Shown: positions 1-11,157 of the stretch, piece after piece
Layout of the letters: the number at the start of each line of letters is the position of its first letter
Position numbering within the stretch: position 1 is the stretch's first letter
Source: Alphaproteobacteria bacterium
GTDB taxonomy: Bacteria > Pseudomonadota > Alphaproteobacteria > Bin95
Direction of reading: 5' to 3'
DNA: 64,000 bases
Assembly (NCBI GenBank): GCA_965205265.1
Contig: CBDBGH010000003.1
Span: 4,448,001-4,512,000 of the forward strand
Translations under genes and position numbers: made by a program
The notes under the pieces: generated by a model
What the model was told of the DNA's origin: nothing
Seen by the model: only the letters and a program-made list of their open reading frames with translations
Databases searched by the model: none

Positions 1-459
1 GCAATGCGGCACCTGCGCGGCAATGTCGATGGCGCGCGGGCGCGCCTCCAGCGCGTCGAGATATTCCGGGAAGCTCTCCCAGTCCCAGGTGAGGCCCTCG
101 GCCAGAGCGGCGCCCGGAATGTCCTCCACGCCCTCCATCATCCGGATCAGCGCATGATGCGCGTCAGGGCGGGCGGGCGCGAAGCCGACGCCGCAATTGC
201 CCATCACGACCGTGGTAACGCCGTGCCAGCTGGACGGCGCGAGCTCGCTGTCCCAGGTCGCCTGGCCGTCATAGTGGGTGTGGACATCGACGAAGCCGGG
301 CGTCACCAGCGCGCCGGCCGCATCGATCTCGCGCCGCCCGGGCCCGGCCCTGCCGCCGGCCTCGGCGATGCGCCCGTCCTCGACCGCAATATCGCCGACA
401 AAGGGCTCGCCCCCGGTTCCGTCGAAGATCGTGCCGCCGCGAATGACCAGATCGTGCAT
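1..459 (-). CDS. N-acyl-D-amino-acid deacylase family amidohydrolase (5' part; runs off the window edge)
   Basis: Hand translation of the minus strand from ATG 459: [16 protein letters not shown]...[11 protein letters not shown]...[16 protein letters not shown]; GAGGA RBS upstream. Absent from the ORF track because there is no stop in the window. Confidence 0.85.
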   Translation of the reverse strand, partial: MHDLVIRGGTIFDGTGGEPFVGDIAVEDGRIAEAGGRAGPGRREIDAAGALVTPGFVDVHTHYDGQATWDSELAPSSWHGVTTVVMGNCGVGFAPARPDAHHALIRMMEGVEDIPGAALAEGLTWDWESFPEYLDALEARPRAIDIAAQVPHC

Positions 460-470
460 GGGGGCTTTCC

Positions 471-1475
471 TCAGTTGTAGAAGGCCTCGAACGCCGCGCC
501 GACGCGCTCGACATCCTCCGGCTCGATATCCCTGTGGACCACCAGCCGCGTCACCGGGCCGGGCGTGGCTATGACGATGTTGCGCGCTTCCAGATGCCGC
601 TTGAGCGCGGCCCCGCCCGGCAGGCCGGCATAGACCATGTTGGTGGAGACGCGCTGCACCTCGACCACGGGCGCAAGACGCTCGCCCAGCGCGGCGGCGA
701 GTTCATGGTCCTCTGCGAGCCGTTCGACATGGGCGTCGAGCGCATGCAGGCCCGCGGCGGCGAGCACGCCGGACTGGCGCATGCCGCCGCCCAGCATCTT
801 GCGGACACGCCTGCCGCGCTGAATCAATTCCTCGTCCCCGGCGAGCACCGTGCCTGCCGGCGCGCCCAGGCCCTTGGACAGGCAAAGCGACACGGAATCG
901 GCTCCGGCAGCGGCCGCAGCCGGCGTCTTGCCGGTGGCGGTGGCCGCATTCAGCAGCCGCGCGCCGTCGAGATGCACCCTGAGCCCGTGCGCGCGGGCGA
1001 GCGCCGCGACTTCCTCCATGTAGCCGTCCGGCAGCACGCGCCCGAGCGTGGTGTTCTCCACCGCGATCAGCCGCGGCACCGGCCGGTGAAAGTCCTCGGG
1101 GCGGATCGCGGCCCGGAGCCGGTCGAGGGCCACCGTGCCGTCCTCCTCGACGGGAAGCGTTATCGGCACGATGGAGCCCACCACGGCGGCTCCGCCCGCT
1201 TCCGAGGCGACCGTGTGGTAGGTCTCGCCGGTGATATAGGCCTCGCCGCGCCCGCAATGGCTCATCAGCGCCGTCAGGTTCGATTGCGTGCCGGAGGGGA
1301 GGAACAGCCCTGCTTCCAGCCCCAGCATGTCGGCGACGCGCTGCTCCAGCCGGGCGACGGTCGGGTCCTCGCCATGCACGTCGTCGCCGACCTCGGCGTC
1401 GGCCATGATCCGGCGCATGGCCGGCGTCGGCAGGGTCACGGTGTCGCTTCGGAGGTCGATCCGGCGGTTGGCCAT
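471..1475 (-). CDS. ltaE: low-specificity L-threonine aldolase
   Basis: [28 protein letters not shown] and CLSKGLGAP motifs; start placed at MANRRIDL. Confidence 0.9.
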   Translation of the reverse strand: MANRRIDLRSDTVTLPTPAMRRIMADAEVGDDVHGEDPTVARLEQRVADMLGLEAGLFLPSGTQSNLTALMSHCGRGEAYITGETYHTVASEAGGAAVVGSIVPITLPVEEDGTVALDRLRAAIRPEDFHRPVPRLIAVENTTLGRVLPDGYMEEVAALARAHGLRVHLDGARLLNAATATGKTPAAAAAGADSVSLCLSKGLGAPAGTVLAGDEELIQRGRRVRKMLGGGMRQSGVLAAAGLHALDAHVERLAEDHELAAALGERLAPVVEVQRVSTNMVYAGLPGGAALKRHLEARNIVIATPGPVTRLVVHRDIEPEDVERVGAAFEAFYN

Positions 1476-1491
1476 GCCGTTTCCGTCCATG

Positions 1492-2832
1492 TCAGGCTGC
1501 CTCCCGGCGGCCGAGCCAGCAGTCGAGATCGGCAAGCGCACGGGCCGCATGCGCGCGTTTGCGTTCGCGGCCCCGGAACCGCCCGTCAAGCGGCGGGAAG
1601 AGGCCGAAATTGACATTCATCGGCTGGTAGGCGCCGGCCGAGGCGGGCCGCGGCCCGGTGACATGGGCCAGCACCGCGCCGAGCGCCGTGGTGGCGGGCG
1701 GGGCATCCGTTTCGCCCGCGGCGAAGCGCCCGGCCAGCAGGCCGATGGCCGCGCTCTCGACATAGCCCTCGACGCCGGCAATCTGGCCGGCGAAGCGCAG
1801 ATACGGGGCCGCCTTCAGGCGCAGTTGTTCGTCCAGCAGGGCCGGCGCGTCGATGAAGCTGTTGCGGTGGATGCCGCCGAGCCTCGCGAACCGCGCCCCT
1901 TCCAGGCCCGGAACCATGCGGAAGACGCGCGCCTGTTCGGCGTGGCGCAGCTTGGTCTGGAAGCCGACGATGTTGTAGAGCGTGCCGAGCGCATTGTCCC
2001 GGCGAAGCTGCACGACGGCGTGGGGACGCGTACCGCTGCGCGGGTCGGTCAGGCCCACCGGCTTCATCGGGCCGAAGCGCAGCGTTTCCGGCCCGCGCGC
2101 CGCCATCACCTCCACCGGCAGGCAGCCCTCGAACCAGGGCGTCAGCGCCTCCCACTCCTTGAACTCGATCCGGTCGGCCTCCAGCAGTGCTTCCACGAAA
2201 GCGTCGTAGCCGGCCTCGTCGAGCGGGCAGTTGATGTAGTCGGCCCCGCTGCCGGCCGGCCCCGGCTTGTCGTAGCGGGACTGGAACCATGCGGTGTCGA
2301 GGTCGATGGAGTCCGCATAGACGATGGGCGCGATGGCATCGAAAAACGCAAGCGCCTCCCGCCCGGTCAGCGCCTGTATGGCTTCCGCGAGCGCGCCGTC
2401 GGTGAGCGGCCCGGTGGCGACGATGGCGGAGCCGGACTCCGGCAGGCTGTCGATGCGCCGGCGTTCTATCGCAACGAGCGGCTCGGCCTCCAATGCGGCG
2501 GTGACGGCACCCGCAAAGTCCTCGCGGTCCACGGCGAGAGCGCCGCCGGCGGGCAGCCGGGTCCTGTCGGCGCAGGCCATGACGAGCGAGTCCGCCCGGC
2601 GCATCTCCTCATGCAGCAGGCCGACGGCATTGTGTTCGGCATCGTCGGAGCGGAAGGAGTTGGAGCAGACGAGCTCGGCGAGCTTCCGCGTCCGGTGCGC
2701 GGGCGTCGGCGTTTCGGGGCGCATCTCGAAGAGCACCGAGCGCACCCCCCGCCGCGCGAGCTGCCAGCAGGCCTCCGCGCCGGCAAGCCCGCCGCCGATG
2801 ACCTGGACCGGGGTATCCGTAAAGGCAGCCAT
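1492..2832 (-). CDS. trmFO: tRNA (uracil-5-)-methyltransferase TrmFO
   Basis: [37 protein letters not shown] and [14 protein letters not shown] motifs. Confidence 0.95.
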   Translation of the reverse strand: MAAFTDTPVQVIGGGLAGAEACWQLARRGVRSVLFEMRPETPTPAHRTRKLAELVCSNSFRSDDAEHNAVGLLHEEMRRADSLVMACADRTRLPAGGALAVDREDFAGAVTAALEAEPLVAIERRRIDSLPESGSAIVATGPLTDGALAEAIQALTGREALAFFDAIAPIVYADSIDLDTAWFQSRYDKPGPAGSGADYINCPLDEAGYDAFVEALLEADRIEFKEWEALTPWFEGCLPVEVMAARGPETLRFGPMKPVGLTDPRSGTRPHAVVQLRRDNALGTLYNIVGFQTKLRHAEQARVFRMVPGLEGARFARLGGIHRNSFIDAPALLDEQLRLKAAPYLRFAGQIAGVEGYVESAAIGLLAGRFAAGETDAPPATTALGAVLAHVTGPRPASAGAYQPMNVNFGLFPPLDGRFRGRERKRAHAARALADLDCWLGRREAA

Positions 2833-2895
2833 GCCTCCTTATACCCCGGCCCGAACTGGCCGCGAAACTCGCGATGGTTTCGCCTCGCGTTATCT

Positions 2896-4587
2896 TTACG
2901 GCAGCCGGTCGCCGTCCTCGTAGCGTTGCCAGGCGCTGATCTGGAGCGGCGAGGCGCGCACATGCAGCACGACCGGGCGCGAGCGCACCGCGAAGGCCCG
3001 GGCCACCGCGTCCGCTACCTGCGATTCCGCCTCGATGGCGATGCCCTCCGCGCCGAAGGAGCGCGCCCAGGCGGCGAAATCGGGGTTGGTGAGGCGCGTG
3101 CCGGCCATGAAGGGGCGGCCCGGATAGCGCATGTGGCTGTGCATGCCGATGGTGCCGTACATGCCGTTGTCCGCGATCACGGCGATCGGAGCAGCGCCGT
3201 ACTGGCAGGCCGTGGCGAGCTCGTTGCCCATCATCAGCGCGCCGCCGTCGCCCATGAAGGCCACCACCTGCGTGCCCGGCCGGCGCATCGCGGCGGCGAC
3301 CGCCATCGGCATGCCGGAGCCCATCGCGCCCACCACGGACGCCAGGAACACCTGCCCCTGCCGGAAGCCGATATGGCGATGAAGGAAGGTCGCGAAATTG
3401 CCGGCATCGGAGGTGACCGTGGCGTCGGGCGCGAGATGCTTGCCGATCTCCGCCACGACGGCCGAGAAGTTCACCCCGTCCTCGCGCGGCTCCCAGGGCC
3501 GTTCCAGCAGGCGGCGGTGGGTGTTGTGCAGCCCGTCGACCCAGCCGCGGCGGCGCGCGCCGTCGGCGGGCGCGGGCCGGGCGAGCAGCGCCTTCACGAC
3601 CTCATGCGGGCTCGCCGCGATGCCGAGCGTCGGGCGCCAGACGCGGCCGATCTCGTTCGGGTCCGGCCAGATGTGGACCAGCGGCAATTGCGGCTCCGGC
3701 GCGGTCGGGAAGGTGTAGGACTGGCTCACGCTGTCGGTCAGCCGCTCGCCGAGCGCGATCATCAGGTCGGAGCGCTTCATCTCGTCCAGCAGCTCCTTCG
3801 GCACCCTGATGCCCATATAGCCGCCATGGTTCGGGTGGTCGTAGTCGAAGAGCTGCGGCCGGCGGTGGGTCGGCACGACCGGCAGCACCCAGCTTTCCGA
3901 GAGGCGCACCAGGTCGCCGAACAGCGCCGGGTCGCGCACCGCATCCGCCATCGCGCCGCCGCCGGCCAGCAGCAGCGGGCGCTCGGCCGCCCCGATCATG
4001 GCGATGAGCGCGTCCACGTCATCGGGCCGGGGGGCGGGAATCGGGCGCGGGCGCGGCGGCGCGAGCGCCGCGTCGGTCTCCTCGTCGAAAATGTCCTCCG
4101 GCAGGATCACCGCCACCGGGCCCGGCGTGCCGGACTCGGCGAGATGGAAGGCGCGCGCCATCGCTTCCGAGGCCTGCTCCGGCTCGTTCACCTCGATCAC
4201 GTCCTTGGAGATGTCGGAGAGCAGGCGGGAATAGTTCTGCTCCTGGAGGGCGAGGCGGCCCATGTCGCGCCGCTCGACCTGCCCGATCAGCATCACCAGC
4301 GGCGTCGCATCGTGGAAGGCGGTGTGCATGGCGACCAGCCCGTTGGCGAGGCCGGGGCCGCGCGAGACCATGGCGACGCCTGCGCGGTCGCGCATCCGCC
4401 CGTCGGCGGCCGCCATGAAGCCCGCGCCCGCTTCGTGCCGGCAGACCGCGACCTGGATCGAGTTGCGCTCGACCATGGTGCTGGTGAGGCCGATATAGCT
4501 CTCGCCGGGCACGCAATAGACGCGGTCCACATCGTGCGCCTCCAGGCTTTCCACCAGCAGGCGGGCGACGGTTCTGTTCTCCGGCAT
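2896..4587 (-). CDS. thiamine pyrophosphate-dependent enzyme (acetolactate synthase large-subunit-like)
   Basis: VPGESY, RHEAGAGFMA, SRGPG motifs and the GDGG...N TPP-binding motif. Confidence 0.85.
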   Translation of the reverse strand: MPENRTVARLLVESLEAHDVDRVYCVPGESYIGLTSTMVERNSIQVAVCRHEAGAGFMAAADGRMRDRAGVAMVSRGPGLANGLVAMHTAFHDATPLVMLIGQVERRDMGRLALQEQNYSRLLSDISKDVIEVNEPEQASEAMARAFHLAESGTPGPVAVILPEDIFDEETDAALAPPRPRPIPAPRPDDVDALIAMIGAAERPLLLAGGGAMADAVRDPALFGDLVRLSESWVLPVVPTHRRPQLFDYDHPNHGGYMGIRVPKELLDEMKRSDLMIALGERLTDSVSQSYTFPTAPEPQLPLVHIWPDPNEIGRVWRPTLGIAASPHEVVKALLARPAPADGARRRGWVDGLHNTHRRLLERPWEPREDGVNFSAVVAEIGKHLAPDATVTSDAGNFATFLHRHIGFRQGQVFLASVVGAMGSGMPMAVAAAMRRPGTQVVAFMGDGGALMMGNELATACQYGAAPIAVIADNGMYGTIGMHSHMRYPGRPFMAGTRLTNPDFAAWARSFGAEGIAIEAESQVADAVARAFAVRSRPVVLHVRASPLQISAWQRYEDGDRLP

Positions 4588-4737
4588 GGCCTCTCGGGTC
4601 CCCTTCTCCGAATTCCGCGCGCGACCCTAGCTGCCTTCGCCCGGCCTGCAAATGCGGCGGATTGCGGGGTCGGCAGGGCGTTTCCACCCGGTGCGGAAAC
4701 GCTTAGGCTCCGCACCGTCGGAGAGGGGCGGAGCGCC

Positions 4738-5919
4738 ATGGGCGAATTCACGATCAGGGGCAAGGTGGCGGTCGCCGGCGTCGGCGAGACGACCTACTGG
4801 AAGCATGGGCGAAGTCCCCATGCCGAGTTCAAGCTGGCCTTGATGGCGATTCTGGCGGCGGCGGAGGACGCCAGCATCGATCCGACCGAGATCGACGGCT
4901 TCGCCTCCTATTCCAACGACCGCAACGATCCCTCGCGCATCGCCGCCGCGCTCGGCTGCCGGGAGCTTGCCTTCTCCAACATGCAATGGGGCGGCGGCGG
5001 GGGCGGCGGGTCGGCGGCCATCGCGAACGCTGCCGCGGCCATCGTCTGCGGCTATGCGCGCTGCGTGGTCGTGTTCCGCGCGCTCGCCCAGGGACAATTC
5101 CAGCGCTTCGGGCAGGCGGCGGCGGGCGGGTCGGCGGCGGGCCACGACGCCTTCACCGTGCCTTACGGCGTCATGTCGCCCGCGCAGAAATACGCCATGC
5201 GCTACCAGCGCTTCGCCCATGAGCATGGCATCGAGCGCTCGGCGCTCCGGGCGATCTCCATGGCCTCCTACCACCATGCGCAGCAGAACCCGCGCGCCGT
5301 GATGTACGGCCGCCCGCTCTCCGAGGAGGATTACGACGCCTCGCGCTGGATCACCGAGCCCTTCCGGCTGTTCGACTGCTGCCAGGAAAATGACGGCGCG
5401 GCGGCTATCCTGCTGGTGGCGGCCGAGCGCGCGCGCGACCTGCCGCACAAGCCCTGCTACCTGCTAGGCGCGGCGGCGGGCTCCGAATACCGCAACGGCG
5501 CGCCGGTCCACAATGCGCCGCTCTACGGCACGTCGAGCTTCACCACCGTTGCCCCGCGCGCCTTCGCCATGGCGGGGATTTCAGCGGCCGATGTCGATGT
5601 CGCGCAGTCCTACGAGAACTTCACCGGCGGGGTGCTGATGAGCCTGGTCGAGCACGGCTTCTTCGCGCCGGAGGAGGCGAACGACTTCCTCACCCTCGAC
5701 AATCTGCGCGCCGACGGCGGCCGCCTGCCGCTCAACACGAGCGGCGGCAACCTGGCGGAATGCTACATGCACGGGCTGGAGCTGAATATCGAGGCGGTGC
5801 GGCAGGTTCGCGGCCAGTCTCCGAACCAGGTGGAGGGGGCCGAGATTTCCGTCGTCGGCTCCGGGCCGATGGTGACGCCCGTCAGCAGCACCGTGTTCGG
5901 GGCGGAGGCGGCGCTGTGA
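4738..5919 (+). CDS. thiolase-like / lipid-transfer (Ltp2/SCP2-type) protein
   Basis: C-terminal part of ORF 1288..5919: VAVAGVGET, LFDCCQENDGA, YENFT, LNTSGGNLAECYMHG; ATG 4738 with GAGGGG upstream. Confidence 0.85.
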   Translation: MGEFTIRGKVAVAGVGETTYWKHGRSPHAEFKLALMAILAAAEDASIDPTEIDGFASYSNDRNDPSRIAAALGCRELAFSNMQWGGGGGGGSAAIANAAAAIVCGYARCVVVFRALAQGQFQRFGQAAAGGSAAGHDAFTVPYGVMSPAQKYAMRYQRFAHEHGIERSALRAISMASYHHAQQNPRAVMYGRPLSEEDYDASRWITEPFRLFDCCQENDGAAAILLVAAERARDLPHKPCYLLGAAAGSEYRNGAPVHNAPLYGTSSFTTVAPRAFAMAGISAADVDVAQSYENFTGGVLMSLVEHGFFAPEEANDFLTLDNLRADGGRLPLNTSGGNLAECYMHGLELNIEAVRQVRGQSPNQVEGAEISVVGSGPMVTPVSSTVFGAEAAL

Positions 5920-6344
5920 GCCACTTGCCTGAGGGAATGCCGCGCCCGCTCGCGGACGAGCTGACGGAACCCTTCTGGGCCGCTGCGCGCGAGGAGCGGC
6001 TTCTGGTGCAGCGCTGCGCCGACTGCGGGACCTGGCAATGGGGCCCCGAATGGTGCTGCCACGCCTGCCGGTCCTTCGAGATGGGCTGGGCGGAGGCCCC
6101 GACCGGGGGGCGCATCTATTCCTGGGAGCGGAACTACCACCCGGTGCACCCCGCGCTCAGGGGCCGGGACCCCTATGTCGTCGTGCTGGTGGAACTGCCG
6201 GAAGCGGGCGGCGTGCGCATGGTCGGCAACCTCCTCGGCGACCCCATGCAGGACGTCCGCATCGGCGCGGAGGTCGAGGCCGTCTTCGAGCACCATGACG
6301 AGGCGGACCCGCCCTACACGCTGGTGCAATGGCGGTATGTCTGA
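5916..6344 (+). CDS. Zn-ribbon + OB-fold (DUF35) protein, partner of the thiolase-like protein
   Basis: PFW.AARE.RLLVQRCADCG...CHAC, PYVVVLVEL, VRIGAEVEAVF; GTGA overlap with the upstream stop. Confidence 0.85.
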   Translation: MSHLPEGMPRPLADELTEPFWAAAREERLLVQRCADCGTWQWGPEWCCHACRSFEMGWAEAPTGGRIYSWERNYHPVHPALRGRDPYVVVLVELPEAGGVRMVGNLLGDPMQDVRIGAEVEAVFEHHDEADPPYTLVQWRYV

Positions 6345-6370
6345 GGGAGGGACCCTCCGGCCCTGGCCCG

Positions 6371-7039
6371 TCAATCCGGATCGGCTGTTTCCGCCGCCTC
6401 GTCGCCCGTCTCTTCCGCCTCCACCGCCGCCGGCGCCTTGGCGACGCCGACCATCGCCGGCCTCAGCAGGCGGTCGTGGAGGAGGTAGCCGTCCTGGACG
6501 ACCTGGACGACCGTGCCGGGTTCCGCGTCCGCCGACTCCACCTCGAACATCGCCTGGTGGCGGTTGTGGTCGAAGCGTTCGCCCTCCGCCTCGATGCGCG
6601 CGATATGGTGGCGGGCAAAGGCGGCGCTGAGCTCGCGCTCCACCATTTCGACGCCTTCCATCAGCCCCTCGCCGGCACCGCTCTCGAGCGCCCGGCGCAG
6701 ATTGTCGGCAACGCCCAGCAGGTCGCGTGCAAGCCCCGTGGCGCCGTAGCGCGACGCCTCGCCGCGCTCGCGCTCGCTCCGCCGGCGCATGTTCTCGACC
6801 TCGGCGAGCGCGCGCAGCCGCTCGTCCCTGAGCGCCTGCGCTTCCGCCTCCAGCTCGGCGATGCGCGCCGCCTGCTCGGCGAGCGGGTCGAACTCTTCCG
6901 CGCCCGCGTCTTCCGGTTCCGCCTCCGCCGAATCCGGTGCGGACGCTTCCTCCGCGGCCGGCGCTTCGTCGTTCGCTGCAGCCTCCGCTTCCGGCGGGGC
7001 CTCCTCATCCGTTTCCGGTCCGCGCTTCGCGTCCATCAT
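6371..7039 (-). CDS. grpE: nucleotide exchange factor GrpE
   Basis: LRALAEVENMRRR, FDHNRHQAM, GYLLHDRLLRPAMVGVAK; downstream of hrcA. Confidence 0.95.
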   Translation of the reverse strand: MMDAKRGPETDEEAPPEAEAAANDEAPAAEEASAPDSAEAEPEDAGAEEFDPLAEQAARIAELEAEAQALRDERLRALAEVENMRRRSERERGEASRYGATGLARDLLGVADNLRRALESGAGEGLMEGVEMVERELSAAFARHHIARIEAEGERFDHNRHQAMFEVESADAEPGTVVQVVQDGYLLHDRLLRPAMVGVAKAPAAVEAEETGDEAAETADPD

Positions 7040-7044
7040 TCGTC

Positions 7045-8112
7045 TCACCCTCTCTCGGGAGCCAGCATGCGTTCGATCACCCGCGCCGTATAGTCCACCA
7101 TCGGCACGATGCGGGCATAATTCAGGCGCGTCGGCCCGAGCACGCCGATGGCGCCCACAACACGCTCCTGCCCGTCGCGATAGGGGCTGACCACCATGGA
7201 CATGCCCGTCTGGCTGAAGACCGTGTTCTCCGCCCCGATGAAGATCTGCACCCCTTCGCCCGTCTGGGCCGCCTCCACCAGGCGCAGGATGTTCTCGCGC
7301 GTCTCGAGCGCGTCGAACAGGCCGCGCAGCCGCTCCAGGTCCTCGACGGCGTGCACGTCGTCCAGGAGCCGCGCGCGGCCGGTCACGATCAGCCGCCCGC
7401 CGTCCTGGCTGCGCTCTCCGGCCCATACGGCAAGCCCGGCTTCGACAACGCTCTGCGCCAGCGCGTCGATCTCCGCGCGGTGCGTTTCCAGGTCCGCGCG
7501 GATTTCCAGCAGCGCCTCCTCCAGCGTGCGCCCGGAGAGCCGGGACTGGAGATAGTTGGCGGCGCGCTGCAGGGCGTCCGCCGGCAGGCCCGGCGGCAGG
7601 GTCAGCATCCGGTTCTCGACCTGGCCCGTCTCGTCCACCAGCACGGCAAGCGCACGCCCCTCGCCCAGATTGACGAACTCGATATGGTTCAGCCGCTGCG
7701 CCCGCTTCGGCGCCACCACCAGGCCGGCATGGCGCGTGAGGCCCGCCAGCAGGCGGCTGGCCCGCTCCAGACTCTGTTCCAGCGTAACGCCCGCGCCCGC
7801 GCAGAGGGCCTCGATGTCCTCGCACTCGCTGTCGGTCAGCCCGCCGGTCTGCATGATGCCGTCCACGAAGAGGCGCAGGCCGCCGTCGGTCGGCAGCCGT
7901 CCGGCGGAGGCATGGGGCGAGAACAGGAGGCCCAGCTCCTGGAGGTCCGCCATCACGTTGCGGATCGTGGCCGGCGAGAGCGGCCGGCCGAGCTTGCGCG
8001 CGAGCGTGCGCGAGCCGACCGGTTCGCCCGTTTCCATCCAGGCATCCACGATCAGCCCGAAGACCTCGCGCGAGCGCGCGTCGAGATCGGCAAGTCCCGG
8101 CGAGCCGGCCAT
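7045..8112 (-). CDS. hrcA: heat-inducible transcription repressor HrcA
   Basis: [44 protein letters not shown]. Confidence 0.95.
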   Translation of the reverse strand: MAGSPGLADLDARSREVFGLIVDAWMETGEPVGSRTLARKLGRPLSPATIRNVMADLQELGLLFSPHASAGRLPTDGGLRLFVDGIMQTGGLTDSECEDIEALCAGAGVTLEQSLERASRLLAGLTRHAGLVVAPKRAQRLNHIEFVNLGEGRALAVLVDETGQVENRMLTLPPGLPADALQRAANYLQSRLSGRTLEEALLEIRADLETHRAEIDALAQSVVEAGLAVWAGERSQDGGRLIVTGRARLLDDVHAVEDLERLRGLFDALETRENILRLVEAAQTGEGVQIFIGAENTVFSQTGMSMVVSPYRDGQERVVGAIGVLGPTRLNYARIVPMVDYTARVIERMLAPERG

Positions 8113-8145
8113 GCAACAAAGACTCTTCCAAGCGGTGCCCGGAGG

Positions 8146-8174
8146 ATTTAGGAACCCGCCGGGCAGGCGTCAAC
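8146..8174 (-). promoter_or_regulatory. putative RpoH (sigma32) promoter of hrcA-grpE
   Basis: Minus strand GTTGAC-N16-CCTAAAT, resembling the alphaproteobacterial RpoH consensus CTTGAA-N15/16-CCTATAT. Confidence 0.55.
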
Positions 8175-8209
8175 CGGGCGCCCGGCCCCAGGAGGCGAGC
8201 AACGATCAC

Positions 8210-8938
8210 ATGACCGAACCCGTCCGTCCCTCGGGACGCCGCCCCGACGAACTCCGCAATGTGGTGCTGGAACCCGGCTGGGCGCCCTATGCGGAAGGCT
8301 CCTGCCTCGCGAGCTTCGGGGCGACGCGCGTGCTCGCCGCGGCCTCGGTGGAAACGCGCGTGCCGCCCTGGCTGCGCGGGCGCGGGCGCGGCTGGATCAC
8401 AGCCGAATACGGCATGCTGCCGCGCTCGACCCATGAGCGCACGGACCGCGAGGCGGCGCGCGGGCGCCAGAGCGGCCGCACGCAGGAAATCCAGCGCCTG
8501 ATCGGCCGCTCGCTGCGCGCTGTCGCCGACCTGCAGGCCCTCGGCGAAATCCAGATCCGCATCGACTGCGATGTGCTGCAGGCTGACGGCGGCACCCGCA
8601 CCGCGGCCGTTACCGGTGGCTATGTGGCCCTTGCGCTGGCCTGCCGGCACCTGCAGCGGATCGGCGCGGTGAAGAAGCCGGTGCTGACCGACTCGGTCGC
8701 CGCCGTCTCCTGCGGGCTCTGGCAGGGCGCGCCGGTGCTCGACCTCGACTATGCCGAAGACAGCGCGGCGGAGGCGGACGCGAATTTCGTGCTGACCGGC
8801 GCGGGCGCGCTGGTCGAGGTGCAGGCGACGGCCGAGAAGACGGCTTTCCCCCGCCACCGGCTCGACGCCCTGCTGGACCTGGCGGAGGCCGGCTGCGCGC
8901 GGCTCGCGGAGGCGCAGCGCCGCGCGCTTGAGCCGTGA
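8210..8938 (+). CDS. rph: ribonuclease PH
   Basis: [53 protein letters not shown]. Confidence 0.95.
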   Translation: MTEPVRPSGRRPDELRNVVLEPGWAPYAEGSCLASFGATRVLAAASVETRVPPWLRGRGRGWITAEYGMLPRSTHERTDREAARGRQSGRTQEIQRLIGRSLRAVADLQALGEIQIRIDCDVLQADGGTRTAAVTGGYVALALACRHLQRIGAVKKPVLTDSVAAVSCGLWQGAPVLDLDYAEDSAAEADANFVLTGAGALVEVQATAEKTAFPRHRLDALLDLAEAGCARLAEAQRRALEP

Positions 8939-9525
8939 CCCGGCGGCTCGACGGCAAGCGGCTCGTCATCGCCAGCCACAATGCCGGCAAGGTCGGCGAG
9001 ATCGCCGAACTGCTGGCGCCTTTCGGCATCGAGGGCGTGGCGGCTTCCGCGCTCGGCCTGCCGGAGCCGGAAGAGACGGGCGCAACCTACCTCGCCAATG
9101 CCGAGCTCAAGGCGCGCGCGGCGGCGACGGCCGGACTGCCTGCCCTGGCCGACGATTCGGGCCTTGCCGTCGCGGCGCTCGGCGGCGCGCCCGGCATCTA
9201 TTCCGCCCGCTGGGCCGGCCCCGGCCGCGACTTCGGGCGCGCCATGGCGGCGGTGCATGACCGCCTTGGGGACCGGCCGCGCGAGGCCGCATTCGTCGCC
9301 GCGCTCGCGCTCGCCTGGCCGGACGGGCATCTCGAGTCCTTCGAGGGGCGGGTGGAGGGCCGGGTGGTATGGCCGCCGCGCGGGAACCGGGGTTTCGGTT
9401 ACGACCCGATCTTCGTGGCGCACGGCCATGACGAGACCTTCGGCGAGATGGACCCGGAAGCGAAGGCGCGCATCACCCATCGCGCGCGGGCCTTCGAGAA
9501 GCTGGCGGCAGCCTGTTTCCCATGA
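8935..9525 (+). CDS. rdgB: non-canonical purine NTP pyrophosphatase (RdgB/HAM1)
   Basis: [38 protein letters not shown]; rph-rdgB-hemW synteny. Confidence 0.95.
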   Translation: MTRRLDGKRLVIASHNAGKVGEIAELLAPFGIEGVAASALGLPEPEETGATYLANAELKARAAATAGLPALADDSGLAVAALGGAPGIYSARWAGPGRDFGRAMAAVHDRLGDRPREAAFVAALALAWPDGHLESFEGRVEGRVVWPPRGNRGFGYDPIFVAHGHDETFGEMDPEAKARITHRARAFEKLAAACFP

Positions 9526-10652
9526 CGGACCGGGGCTTCGCCGTCTATGTGCACTGGCCGTTCTGCGAGTCCAAGTGCCCCTATTGCGACTTCAACAGCC
9601 ATGTGCGCGAACGGGTGGACCAGGCTGTCTGGCGCGAGGCCCTTCTGCACTCGCTCGAAAGCTGGGCCGGGGAGACGCCCGGGCGGACGGTCGGCAGCGT
9701 CTTTTTCGGCGGCGGCACCCCCTCGCTGATGGCGCCGGAGACAGCGGCCTCGGTGCTGGAGCGGGTGCGTGCGCTCTGGCCGGTCGCGGACGGCCTGGAA
9801 GTCACGCTGGAGGCCAATCCCGGCTCGGTCGAGGCCGGCCGCTTCCATGCCTTCGCCGAGGCGGGCGTCAACCGGCTCTCGCTCGGTGTGCAGTCCTTCC
9901 GGGACGGTGAGCTGGGCTTTCTCGGCCGCCGCCATGACGCCCGCGCTGCCCGCGCCGCGCTCGAACTGGCGCACCGCACTTTCCCGCGCGTCTCCTTCGA
10001 CCTGATCTATGCGCTGCCCGGCCACACCGCCGCGGAATGGGCCGCCCGCCTCGACGAGGCGCTCGCGCTCGCGGGCGAACATCTCTCACTCTACCAGCTT
10101 ACCATTGAGCCCGGCACGGCCTTCGCGCCGCGCGCGGCGCGCGGCGACATCGTGCTGCCGGAGGAGGACGAGGCGGCCCGGCTCTACGAGACCACGCAGG
10201 ACCGCCTGGCGGCCGCCGGCCTGCCGGGCTACGAGATATCGAACCACGCCCGGCCGGGCGCGGCCTGCCGGCACAACCTGACTTACTGGCGGGGCGGGGA
10301 GTGGGTCGGCGTCGGGCCCGGCGCGCACGGCCGCATCGACACCGAAGAAGGCCGCATCGCCACCGCAGAGCGCCGCGCCCCGGAGGCATGGCTGGCCGAA
10401 GCCGGCCGCCGGGGCCGGGCCGTCGGCGAACGCCGCCTGCTCGAACCGCTTGAAGCCATGCAGGAGCGCATCCAGACCGGTCTCCGGCTGGCGGAAGGCA
10501 TTCCAGCGGACGGGCTGGCGCCGGCCATCGACGCGGACCGGCTTGCGCATCTGCGGGCCGAGGGGCTGCTCTCGGCGCGGACAGACCGCCTCCAGGCGAC
10601 TCCGGCCGGGCGGCAGCGGCTCGACGCGGCGGTCCGCTACCTGCTCATCTGA
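9522..10652 (+). CDS. hemW: radical SAM heme chaperone HemW
   Basis: [40 protein letters not shown]. Confidence 0.92.
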   Translation: MTDRGFAVYVHWPFCESKCPYCDFNSHVRERVDQAVWREALLHSLESWAGETPGRTVGSVFFGGGTPSLMAPETAASVLERVRALWPVADGLEVTLEANPGSVEAGRFHAFAEAGVNRLSLGVQSFRDGELGFLGRRHDARAARAALELAHRTFPRVSFDLIYALPGHTAAEWAARLDEALALAGEHLSLYQLTIEPGTAFAPRAARGDIVLPEEDEAARLYETTQDRLAAAGLPGYEISNHARPGAACRHNLTYWRGGEWVGVGPGAHGRIDTEEGRIATAERRAPEAWLAEAGRRGRAVGERRLLEPLEAMQERIQTGLRLAEGIPADGLAPAIDADRLAHLRAEGLLSARTDRLQATPAGRQRLDAAVRYLLI

Positions 10653-11091
10653 GATGGGCGTCGAGCATCCAGGCCGTCTTGTCGTGCTCCGTCATGCGCC
10701 CGATCATCATGTCCACCGTCACCTCGTCGCCTGCCTCCTCGGCGGTTTTCAGCAAGGCGCCCGCCTCTCCGGAAAGCCTCCGGTGGTCTTCGGCAAGCGC
10801 GGCGATCATCGCCTCGGCGGCAGGCGGCGCTGCCGGCGCATCGCCGACGGGGCTAAGCGCCGCAAACGCCCCGAGTCCGCCCGGCGCATGGTCGCCAAGC
10901 GCGCGGATGCGCTCCGCCAGCGTGTCCGACGCTTCCTGCAGCGCGCCGTACTGCTCCTCGAACAGGCCGTGCAGGGCAGCGAAATGCGGCCCTTCGACAT
11001 TCCAGTGAAAGTTCTGCGTCTTGACCGCAAGTGCGGCCGTGCCGGCGAGCACACGGGCCAGTCCGGCGGTCACAGGAGTGTTGCGGGCCAT
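10645..11091 (-). CDS. dps: DNA starvation/stationary phase protection protein Dps
   Basis: KTQNFHWNVEGPHF..LH.LFEEQY, D.LAERIRALG, HDKTAWML; GGAGG RBS before MARN. Confidence 0.92.
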   Translation of the reverse strand: MARNTPVTAGLARVLAGTAALAVKTQNFHWNVEGPHFAALHGLFEEQYGALQEASDTLAERIRALGDHAPGGLGAFAALSPVGDAPAAPPAAEAMIAALAEDHRRLSGEAGALLKTAEEAGDEVTVDMMIGRMTEHDKTAWMLDAHLR

Positions 11092-11105
11092 CGCCGCCTC
11101 CATTG

Positions 11106-11148
11106 TTTGGAATGATTCCAATTTAGGATGCGGCTGCCCGGATTCAAG
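11106..11148 (-). promoter_or_regulatory. putative Irr (ICE) box and RpoH promoter upstream of dps
   Basis: TTTGGAA-TGA-TTCCAAT at 11106-11122 (ICE consensus TTTRGAA-N3-TTCYAAA); minus-strand CTTGAA-N15-CCTAAAT at 11148-11121. Confidence 0.6.
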
Positions 11149-11157
11149 TCCTCCCGG

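Noticed and set aside
4690-4716. Inverted repeat GGTGCGGA...TCCGCACC between the divergent TPP-enzyme and thiolase-like genes
   Set aside because: An 8-bp GC-rich stem is plausible by chance and there is no supporting regulator or second copy.
1288-4737. Very long + strand ORF (1543 aa) and similar long ORFs (6371-8857, 35616-38177, 42874-45813, 50402-52798, 57251-59608, 61828-63825)
   Set aside because: Antisense or off-frame shadows of real genes in high-GC DNA; only the terminal portions of some (thiolase-like gene, grpE) are real.
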